The notes under the pieces were generated by a model that made no database searches, was not told the DNA's origin, and was given only the letters and a program-made list of their open reading frames with translations. From Geosiphon pyriformis uo1 (Eukaryota; Fungi; Glomeromycota), in NCBI GenBank assembly GCA_016748015.1, contig JAAOMT010000602.1, positions 1-64,000 of the forward strand: a stretch of 64,000 bases of DNA, written 5' to 3'. Shown in pieces: positions 53,443 through 64,000 of this stretch (the first letter of the stretch is position 1; every line of letters begins with the position of its first letter). The translations under genes were made by a program, and so were the position numbers.

Positions 53443-55565
53443 CCCTTTGAAGCTCTTTTTTCTCCTTTTTGTGAAAACTTTGAAAAGGATCACCCAGGCA
53501 GAAGATGAAGGCTTTTAAACAATTTCTAGGATCGTTAATAATGTTATTAGGTGTGGTCAACAAAAAGGTTTGTTGCCGGGATCCTGTTTAAATTTTCTTT
53601 GATAATAGATGTGGTGATGGTGGCTCAAATTGATAACGGGTGGTATCTTGAATTAGCAAGTAATCTTTTTTAAAGTTTTTGCGCTATATAAGAAAATCAA
53701 CGCAACGCATATCTGCGAAAAAAAAACCACCACCACCAGGTACAATTAAAAATTTAAATAAGTATTGGTGTGACAAATGAATTGGCGTCCATGAACTTTA
53801 TTCTACCAAAGAAAAGGATTACAATACTTAAGCTAATGTTCCGCAAGTAACATTGTTCTTTCCTTGTTTAAAAAAAATTGCTTGTGATCGATGTAACCCA
53901 TGCATGTGGGAAATTTTATATGATGAAATTTCGGCCATACGTTTTGTAAGATGGCACTATGCTTATTGGAAGACGACGTGATCATTTGGTAGTATTTTGA
54001 CACCAACCCCAACAAAGATACCTTAATTATTTATTTCCCTCTGAATGTTTGCAAAAAAAAAAATAATGTGTACATCTAGCTCTTTTTAAAAAATTCTCTA
54101 TTAGAGAGATGTAGGGAGGTATCTTGGGGGGACACAACGTTCTCTGAAAAGTAAATAAAATTTTATGAAAAATAATTATATTTGGCTACCAAAATGAAAA
54201 AAATTTACTCTCCCAAGATGAATAGACATGACATGTATGCCAATGACAATGAGAAAAATCAAAAATATTGAAATATCATTTTTATTAGCCTACCAAAAGA
54301 TTTTTAGAAACTTCACAAATATATATAATTCATGAAATTCAACATTTAAAAAAAGGTTCATTATACAAGCTAATTTCAAAAAGTATTTGATACCAAGTAC
54401 TAATATTGGAAATTATTCATTTCCTCAGAGGGATAGCAACTTTGAGAAAATTATGTTTGCAATCTATTATTCTTTTGAAAGGTTTGTTATTGGCAAGCAA
54501 AACTTCTGGATAATGAAAATGACAAATACAGATATCAAAAAATGATAGAAACTTTGCAAAAATAAAATTGGTTTCATGTTAAAATTCCGTGTTTCTAATT
54601 GAACTCGTGATTCTGACGGACAAACCCTTTTTGAGAAAATAGGTTCTACACCGATCAAAGTCATGGAGTAATCTTCTTTTAATTACTTAATCCGAAATGC
54701 AGCAAAAAAAGCTGTTGTAATCAAATATCAAACTAGCTGCAATTAAATGGAATGCAAGAAAATGTGAAGGAAATGGAAGGGAAGGGAAAGGGTATTAAAC
54801 ATCACAACTAAAAGAGTTTCATATTGCCTATTCGAAATAAAAATCAACAATGAAACCTTAACCACCCACACCATTTTTGGCATAAAGTTCACGACGATCA
54901 TTACTTGAAGACAATTTTTACATGTTCTAGATTTAATACTTTTGGACTCAAGTTTTGAATTTCCGAGTTTCTATGAAATCATTTTATAAGGTGAGAAATT
55001 CATTAAAAAAAAGTATTTTATAAAGCACCACTGGAAATAGGATAAATAGTGACTCAAAGATTATATTAATTTCGTCCAACTCATCTTTTACAATGAAGCT
55101 TTGATTTATAATGAAAAAGAGTATTCAGTTTTGGTAGTAAAATGAAAAAAAAAAGGTCTGCCACAAGTTCAACTAACATTCTTAAATGGTTTATCTGACG
55201 TGCTGGAGGATGATTTACATTAAAGTTTTGAGAGTACACTTTGAATTAATGAATTACAAAGCTTTAATTCAAATAAATTAAAGTGGAACGGATATATTGT
55301 ATATATTCGTAACTTTAAACCCTTTTCCGGTTGATTTCATCTAACTAAGCGACGTTAATAACATAAAATTTTTGTATTTCAATTATTCTTATTATATATG
55401 AGGAGAGGCTAAAAAGCATAAAGAATGATCTTTTAGCTTTGTTATTACAGGTTTCATAATGTTCAAGAATTTTTTAAGTTTCATTCGGGTAAACATATCT
55501 CTTGATCTATGATATTCCGTTTAAAAATAAGAAATTTAATACTTGAATTGATATAAAGATATACC

Positions 55566-55566
<1 letters not shown>

Positions 55567-55602
<36 letters not shown>
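55567..55602. repeat. (AAT)n microsatellite
   Basis: Pure AAT run. Similar runs occur at ~51990-52023, ~52686-52711 (intronic) and ~59971-59991. Confidence 0.9.
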
Positions 55603-56879
55603 CTATTTGAAAAATTAATTAAATCTCAATGTTTCGGCTCGTTAGATTAAACTCACTATTGCTTTGGATTTACCTACCTCTAAATTAAAATTTAAAGCAG
55701 GCTTACTGAGCAAAATTATAAAAGAAAAAAGTAATACAATTTTTTAAAGGCCAAAAAAAAATTATTAACTGTTATTACCATAAATTAAGCCATTGACAAT
55801 AATATTTTCCTTTTTTTGGCTCCGTCTTTCAAGAAGTAGAATTAGATTTTTATGCAAGACAATCTGAAAATTTTTATTCCCTCTGAAATTTCTATAAATC
55901 AGGTGAACAACGAATCTGGCATGAAGACTTTGTGAGTAAAATTTCCAAAAAAGAACTTAAAGGCATTTTACTTTAAAAATAATACTTACTAGGAGATGTA
56001 AAATATTTGACCAACACATTATTAAATCAAAAAACTAAATATGAACAATCAAATCGAATAATATTTTTTCTATAATTAATAAATAAAGAGAACAATAACT
56101 TATAGCTACATTCTCATTTCTTCACTTAATAGAAAATTATTTATCTTCCTTTTGGGAATACCCTGACGAACATTTTTGTAACCAAGTTCCAAAATTTTTT
56201 ATAACTAGTCAAAGGATACACTTGAAAAATTTCAAAGCCTCAAGTGTCAGCTCTAAATAAATTTGACCAGATATTAAATTAATATTGAGTTATAGTCAAA
56301 AGAAATTTCCAAAGCTTTTCTTTCTAAATTTCTGATAATTTAGAGGAGTACATCTCTTATAGACTAAAAATCCGGTATAGAAACATACAAGCTGATTGTA
56401 ACGACTAAACTCTGAAGATTAAATATCTGATACCCTCACTCAAAAGATGGCTGATTTTCTAACGCTTTCAACGGCTTCTAAATTTACAGTTAATAATTTA
56501 AAGTATTAAAATAATTTAGATCAATTATCAAATAACCTCAAGTATTATTCGTTAAATGCCTTTTATTGATTAGTTTTTAAATTGCGAAATTCTTTAATTT
56601 TAAATCATCCAATAAGTCATGCCTTGGTTGAATTCCTCTAATATTCCAAAAACCCTAACTCCTACGGTCTTTGATAAATCATTTACGATATATTTTTCCC
56701 CCACCATCCATGTATTTTACAAAAAAGATCGGGTGTTGGTAACACACCTTTTTACACATGGTGACTCTCGTTAATCCCCGAAGTTGATTGTGATTCGGAT
56801 TCGGTTTAAAAAATGGCTGATCTTCGGATTAACAGAATCGTTGTCGTCGTTATTACGTTCAACATTTGCTTTATATAAT

Positions 56880-57940
56880 AAAAATAATGAAGAAATTTAT
56901 CTTTTTTCAAGTTTTTATCTTTGCCACTAAAAATCTTTTTACCATCTAATCACAATCCATATATTACATGATCTTTCATCATACAACTTTTTTTAACTTT
57001 TTCACACTATCAAAAATTTTAATAGACTTTTCATCAAATAATATACTTTTTACTTGATAAAATAAAATATTTTCAAGCAGATAAAGATTCATTAATTAAT
57101 TAAATTTAATAGAATTTCAAGTTTTTGCAATCTTTTATATATTAAATTTCGAAAATATTTAATTTAAAAAATTTTACTTTAAATAAATAAAATAATAATT
57201 TTAAGATTACATAATTATAAATAAATTATTATATTTGAAAAAAATAGTAGCAAATAAAAATAATCAGAAAAATATTTTATTTAAATATATAGATAATAAT
57301 ATTATACATCTTTTAAAACAAGATATTTATTTTTAATTGTTTTTTTAAACAATATATTAATGATTATTCAATAAATACAAAACAAAAAAATAGTTATTAT
57401 GTAATTATTTAAATTTTATTAATAAGCAATTATAATATATAATAAATATTACTAATTTTATAAAGCTATTTTTTTAAATAAATTTGTTGATACATTATAA
57501 AAATTTTATATAAAATATTTAACAATAAAACTTTAAATATTTTTGATATATAAAAAAAAATCAAAAAATAATTTTTGGTTGTCTTTTCAATTAATAATAT
57601 TTCAATCCTTAAACTTGATTATAAAAAAAAAAATTCTAAAATAAATATTAATTTTTTTGATTTTCTAAAATTTCTTGCAAAATTATGTCACATTAATAAA
57701 ATATTATTATAATAATAATAATAATAAATATTGCTTAAATCATTTTTGTTTGCCGTTTTCAATTTGTAAAAAAATGGTTATTTAAATTTAAATTATTCTT
57801 AAATTATTTTAGATATTTCGATTAGTAAAAAATCATTGATTAGTTATTTTATAACTTAATAATAATGCTCAAATTTAAAGATCATTTTTCTTAAAAATCT
57901 AATAATATTAATTTTAATAATGTAATTAATTTTTTGAATA

Positions 57941-57998
<58 letters not shown>

Positions 57999-58330
57999 TT
58001 ATAATTTGTTATTAAAATAATTTCAATACTAATTTCTTTAAATGATATTAAAATAAAAAAATTGAAATATTAAAAGAAATACTTGCTTAATTTAAATACG
58101 TTCTCGTAAAAAATTTTTTAAAAATGCTAATTTTCTCATAATATTTAAACAATTAATTAAACCTATAGTAGTTTATTTAATATTGCATTTTTATTAAAAA
58201 GCTTGTTTTAATTAGCTTTTTATAAAAGTCTATTGATATAAAAAACTGTTTTAAAGTTTCCTCATTAATTATTGTTAAAATTTTTGTTTGTAAAATTCTA
58301 CAAAAGATACTTTTTGCAAATTTTCCAAAT
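56880..58330 (-). mobile_element. Probable second pogo-like relic, inverted relative to 21400-22300
   Basis: The reverse complement of ~56890-57100 resembles 22080-22290 (AATCTTTATCTGCT; ATATTAT(T/C)TG(A/G)T(G/A)AA; ATG(A/G)T(G/A)AAAGA; AAAAAAG(AG)ATAAAT). The rest is extremely AT-rich. Confidence 0.4.
57941..57996. repeat. (AAT)n microsatellite, longest in the window
   Basis: Pure AAT run of about 55 nt. Confidence 0.92.
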
Positions 58331-59057
58331 ATTCAGTTATCTTACATTACTTTCAGAAATTCACGTGACCCTGCGAAAAGCGAGGCTATTACTTATATAT
58401 GCTTGTTACCATTTTTGGTAATGTTATAAATGCAATTTAATCCTTTAACTCCTTTTGATTAAGAGCCACTATAAAGTCATTCTAATTGAAATCAAGCCAC
58501 TCATCAATTAATTTATCAAATAGTTATATATTTTCTAAAATATTTTCATATTAAAAACAACAAATATTAGAAATTCTGTTTTAATAATGATATTAACCAC
58601 TAAATTCAAAAAAAAATTACATTCTATTCATACGAAAATACTACAAATATTACAACAAATAATACCACAAATTTTCATTGACACTTAGAGATTTATTAAA
58701 AAGATTTCTAGATTATCTATGTTGAAGCTTTTGTGTGCTCTGCAGGGAATAACTCTGATTCGAAATAAAAGTTTAAAGAAATACCTACTATTTCGAAATC
58801 TAAGAAGCATTGCAAATTGAGAAGCATTTTTGATCGTGACATAACTAACTTTTGGGAAACATTACATCATTTTCGTCATTGATGCGATAATTGATCGACA
58901 AAAATGTATAATAACTTAGGCACCTGCCGGGTAGACTACCTGACACAATTTGGGAATCTTTTCTCACAAAAAAGCTTCCCCTCTAAATTTAAGAATCAAA
59001 TCTGGATCCACTTCACAAGATACAAACGAGAGGAACTTACAATCGGCAACTGAAACG

Positions 59058-59312
59058 ATGAGTGAAAATTTTTCGTTTCTGTTGGCTCTTGGAGTTTCTC
59101 TTACATGGCTAGCAATTGCAATTGGACGGGTTAGTCTTTAAGAAGTTAGATGATATGTTGTTGCAATAAAGGCTCATTTGCTCTTTGGGTTTTGTTTCGG
59201 AAAACAGTGGGTGTTTTCGGCTATTTGGCGAGTATGGACGGGAGAATGTACGCTCAGTGAATTGTTTGATGAAGATGATTATGATTATTGCGATGAGATT
59301 GCTGCTGTCTAA
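59058..59312 (+). CDS. Putative 58-aa membrane microprotein (2 exons)
   Basis: MSENFSFLLALGVSLTWLAIAIGR|WVFSAIWRVWTGECTLSELFDEDDYDYCDEIAAV*. The intron 59130-59207 (GTTAGT...CAG) joins the exons in frame. Confidence 0.55.
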
Positions 59313-60016
59313 TCCAGGTAAAGGAAACTCGTTCTAGAGATATGAATAAATAAATAAAATCTATCATGCTTCTATTGAAAAGCAATTAATTTATCTCAAT
59401 ATTTCTAATAATCAAGACAATTTTGCTTGATGTCAGTTTCCTGGCTGTTTCGAAAAAATGGATGGAATGTTGCTTCTCCGGATCAATTCAAAAAACTGAA
59501 ATTTTCGAGCTTTGTAATATAATTTTTTTCCATTAACTTTATAAAGAAAATTCGGAATTTAAACGAGAAATTCAGACTATGCGAATGTTGTCATAATTAT
59601 TTAAAAATCCCAATTGGAAATTTTCAAAAATATGAAATCCACATATCCAGGATTGATTTAAATAATTGTTGAAAAATATCCCAATCTTCGCTTTCACAAG
59701 AATTATAAAAAACAATGAGTTTAAACTGCTCTCCTATCCTTGTGAAATCATGATATTCTTTTATTTCAATGTATCAAATAAAATGATTGATAATTAAAAT
59801 ATTTAAGAGAATTACCATAATTTAATACGAATCATTCTCTACGCCGAATTTAGAAAAATATAAAGGACTCATGATTGTTTCCTTTTACAAGATTCTATGG
59901 AAAAATTCTATACATGCACTAAAGAGTAAATCTGCTTCAGACCTCAGGGCTCATTTAAAATCCCCAAAGCAATAATAATAATAATAATAATACGTGTTAA
60001 ATATTGAAGTAAAAAG

Positions 60017-60205
60017 ATGACCCAATCAAAAGACATAGTTGTCATCATAGTGCTGATCATTTTTATAATTGTCGTTAGAATATTGGCTACAGTTTTCAAG
60101 GTAAAAGATCTCCCAAAGTTGTTGGTATAGGATAATTTGAGATTAGGGACTCAAGATATTCTAAAATCGGGAATCACAGAGAGAACTCGACAGATTTCTT
60201 CGTGA
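60017..60205 (+). CDS. Putative single-pass microprotein (37 aa, or 62 aa if the TAG at 60128 is a recent nonsense change)
   Basis: MTQSKDIVVIIVLIIFIIVVRILATVFKVKDLPKLLV*DNLRLGTQDILKSGITERTRQISS*, with an A-rich start context. Confidence 0.35.
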
Positions 60206-60859
60206 TCACGGTTAGGATCTTGGGATGCAAAAATGCGGATATCAAATTGGAAATCTAGAAATTTTCGGATCATTTGTTTCGGAGCAAATCTTTTTCATTT
60301 TGTATAAAAAAAAAGGGTTATATCAAAATACTGGAGGAATATTAATTCATATGCCAGATTCAATATGATATCCTGGCAAGTAGTCAAGTAATATAATATA
60401 GTATAATATGTTTGGGCGTAACCTTGGAATTTTCACTTGACTTTAAATAGAAATCGTTTGTTTCGGATTTATTGACTAATGTCACTGGTAGGTGATCATC
60501 AAGAGTCCAAATTCTGATTTGCTAAGGTAAGGATTCGTCATTCGATCAAAAAATCTATCACATAAAATAGGTCATCTATAAATTCTTGGTACTTCAGTTT
60601 TCCTCATAATAATTTCCCTTTTTCCACGCTTTAGCGGTGAGTATTTTTAATTGCTTTTTGAAATGACCAAATTCGGCATCAAGTTTAAAAAAAATTTCTT
60701 GCTCAGATACACATTTATGACGATCCAAAGTGTCAGTGTTGTAGAAAAATTGTCTACAGTTCGTTACCCCTTTTTTAAAATTTTTAGCCTAAAAACTCTG
60801 GCTAAACAATGAATTAATGAATTCAAATTTTTTGGATCGCCAAAAAGCATGTTCCTAAA

Positions 60860-61057
60860 ATGGATGGAAAGACAGCCCAATCAATTGCCTTATATATCAC
60901 AGGTTGCTTTGGATTCGTCATTTTGGTTCAGTATTTGGCACGTCGATATCGAACCTTTGGTGATGATGATGACCACGATTCCCCAAAGCCTCGTATCAAA
61001 TTTGTAAGAACCACGTGTGTTCTCACTGGGGATCATGAAGGACTAAGCAAAGATTGA
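60860..61057 (+). CDS. Putative 65-aa single-pass microprotein
   Basis: ATG in an AAAATGG context, TM segment IALYITGCFGFVILVQYLA, basic RRYR on the inside, acidic DDDDHD. Locally higher GC. Confidence 0.5.
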   Translation: MDGKTAQSIALYITGCFGFVILVQYLARRYRTFGDDDDHDSPKPRIKFVRTTCVLTGDHEGLSKD

Positions 61058-64000
61058 ACAAGTTTGTTAATAAGTGGATTAATCTGACAAATGGTAAATT
61101 ACATGTTCTCTTTTTGTGAAAAGTCGATTTAATCTCAAATTTTCACATGTTTCACAATAAATTTTTGAACAATTACAAGTCTGTAATTCAACAAGTAACA
61201 ATAATGCTGGAGGCAAAAGTAAAAAGATTAGTTGTAACTCTCCTTGCAAATATTTTTTTCAATTTACATAACATACTCTTTTATTAAGTTCTTGCTGAAC
61301 ATTTATTCCGATTGAAAGAAAGCAAGAACTCTCAATTAGTTTTTTTTAGCGATTCGATTGCAAGAATTAAAATATTGCTCTACTTTAAGGCTTATCTCGA
61401 TTCAACCTTTCTCTCAAGTGGAATTTTTTTTGAGATATTTAAAAAAATCATTCTTTGAGAGATGCATAATCTCCTGTAGTTTATTCAAGAGATCATCATC
61501 CAAAAGCAATATGATGAAAGTGAATTTAGAAAAGCAGGTTAGCTACTACAAGACTTGAATTTTTTTTCAAGATTTCATAGTTTATGACATGTCTTCCCAC
61601 TAGATTTGAGCTTTCAGGGGGTTTTTTCATCCAATTTGAAAGTTCAACATAATATCAAAATAATCACTGTGGATAGCTCGGCAAAAAAGCAAACTTGTTT
61701 CACACAAACCCTATGAGCTTTTTATTTTTAAAGCATTTAAGGAACTGGATACATTCAATAAATAGAAACCTTGATTCAAAGTGTACAATATGCTTAACAC
61801 ACTTGACAATCGTAAAAGTCGAAGAGGAAAGTGGGAAAGTAGAAAAAAGCTAAAGAGCTAATCTCAATCTATGTGGAAAATCACGAAAAGTTACGATGAT
61901 CTATTTATAAATTCTTGAACTATTTCACGGGGGTTATTCGGATTGGGAAATTAAGAAGATATATATCGACCGGGAAAATTTTTAAAGGAAAAAGTTAATA
62001 AGCCAGGGAAACCATTGTTTGTTAAAGAGAAGTCGAAGTTCTTTAAAGCGGATTGATCAATGCCAAGCTTTAATTTCAATTTGGTAAATAGATCTGGGAT
62101 CAAGATTTTCCTTTATGAATACGAAACGCAATCGAAACTTCTACCAATTCATCTGTTTCTTGAACGATTCAACAAACATGATTTTCGAATTATCAAGTGT
62201 TACGGTGGAATTCGGTTTATGAAGACGGCGAAAAAGACTTGTAAAAATTATCGAAAAATGCGGATGCTCTTTGGAGGAACCAGGGTAATGACAGTCGGTA
62301 AAGAGCAGAAAGTTGTTGGGTAAGTTTTCTTCAATTTTTCGAAAAACTCGATTTATATATAACAATTTCACTTTTACTAAACCCGTGACTCATTTTTTTA
62401 CAAACTTTTTGTGATCTTCTACAGCTTTATTAGTCCTTGGAATTGCATCGTCATAGTTTCATTGTCTCTTCCATTCATTTTGTGAATTCAGGCACTTTTC
62501 TTACAGGTAAATAATAATGATCTTTAGCATTTGGCTCAAATCAGGGCGTAAGGGTGTCTGTCGAATAAGAATTAGGCTGGAAGAATTACAAATTGGGCGT
62601 GACTAGGGATTCCTGTTTTCAAAGTATAGCCGCCATGAAAATTGGCGTGCATACATGGTATTGTTGAAATATATTCCTTCTATGGGGCATGCATGCTATG
62701 TACGATTGACATACATTTTCCCGATCCTTCATTTGTCGCGTGAGGTTCTAAAAAAAATCGAGCGTAATTTTTTCTCCGCTCTGCCAAATTCAAAGATCCT
62801 TGTTTGGTTTTGCCCTCTTTTCAATTCGTAAGAATTAAAAAAATTTCAAATATTATTCAAAGTTAAAGCATGAATTACGCCACTTTGCAAATCTGTAACC
62901 TTATTTTGAAACAAAATTTATTTAAAGATGGTTTTCGACATTCGGGACCCAAGCTCACTTTTAAGTTTGTTACAAATTTATGAACTCTTAATAATTTAAA
63001 ATTTCCCGGTCTTTTGCCAAAGGCTAAGAGAAATTTTTGGTCACTACGACAAATTTAACAATTCTTTTAACATTAATTTCTGTTTATGATGTTTTATTAC
63101 CACTTTTCTGATACTTCTTGGCACAAAAGATTTATTCTTTTACTATTTAATAAAATAGAAATCTTCAGGAATTTTTGAAATGGTTGTGATTTTTAAGATT
63201 TTATTTATGTAAAATAATGATTTATAGAGAAGGAATTTTGAAGGAATTTTTTTTTTCTAAAAGTATCCCTCCTTGATTTTGTATATACTTTAGTAAGCCA
63301 ATTAATATATTGTTATTTAGCTGAATTAAAAAAAGTTAAAACTTGACATTTAGAGTTATAATCAAAAAATATTAAAGAAAAGGATATTTTATCATGTTTT
63401 TTATTTGTTAAGTAATATTTGTAAAAAGATGAATCTTATTTTTAAAGACCAGCTAGATTAGGGTTGGATAAAATGACCTTTGAATGATTGTGATGAAAAA
63501 TCTGTTTTTTCTTTAAGTATGAAGTTGTTTGATAAACCTTCAATTTATTTGGGAGAGAATAACAGTAAATCAAAAAATAAATTTTTAAGAGTTTATAAAT
63601 GGAAATATATATATATATATATATTATGACATGATTACTTTTGTCATTAATTTTCAAGAGTTCAAATTAAAAATGAAAAAAAAATAGATATAGCTAAACC
63701 AGATATAACTGAGGCCGGTGGTATATGCCTAACAGCCATTATATCTTTTGGTTAATTGACATAAGATTAATCTATTGTTCATTGTCGAAATCAAGTTTTT
63801 TGATTGCTCAACCATCGGAAAATTTTGGCGTTTTTATTACATCATAAGGGGTTACACAAGCGGAAAATGAGGAAATTCTTGACATAAGTGAAATAACCTT
63901 TGTGCTCTTTATATCCAACACCCAAGTAAGATTTTTAGGTTTGAAAAGATGATGGAATGATAATGAAGTAAATGATATTCAAAATCTTCATTACATCCTC

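Noticed and set aside
54600-54665. tRNA-like T-arm (ATAGGTTCTACACCGAT)
   Set aside because: No convincing acceptor stem, D-arm or anticodon arm.
58360-58400. Helitron 3' hairpin (CCCTGCGAAAAGCGAGG)
   Set aside because: The stem is imperfect, there is no CTAG end, and the adjacent relic looks more pogo-like.
62060-62485. Possible two-exon gene (ORF ending at a GTAAGT donor)
   Set aside because: A splice can be drawn, but the product has no recognisable features and other frames are broken.

Overview
Very AT-rich, intron-containing eukaryotic DNA. The gene families (F-box/RNI-like, class-3 lipases, SPRY adaptor) and the TE types suggest an early-diverging fungus, probably Glomeromycotina and Geosiphon-like; this is inference. 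About 4.6-13 kb is decayed transposons: a Tc1 fragment, then LINE 5' and 3' parts with Gypsy/LTR remnants between them, all eroded by C>T/G>A transitions. The genic part holds a DUF4097-like membrane protein, three F-box/RNI-like paralogs (one pseudogene), two class-3 lipase-fold genes lacking the catalytic Ser plus a truncated duplicate, a small secreted protein, an Ssh4/Ear1-like SPRY protein, a C2H2 zinc-finger gene, a MYSM1-like pseudogene, REX1-B, a DUF1295 gene with a 5-nt micro-exon, and three candidate single-pass microproteins. The most notable signal is missed by the ORF track: a hypermutated IS607-type element at ~43.9-45.4 kb (serine recombinase relic plus Fanzor2/TnpB RNA-guided nuclease relic), with a better-preserved Fanzor fragment at ~40.0 kb. 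All family calls come from manual translation and recalled motifs; no database search was run.
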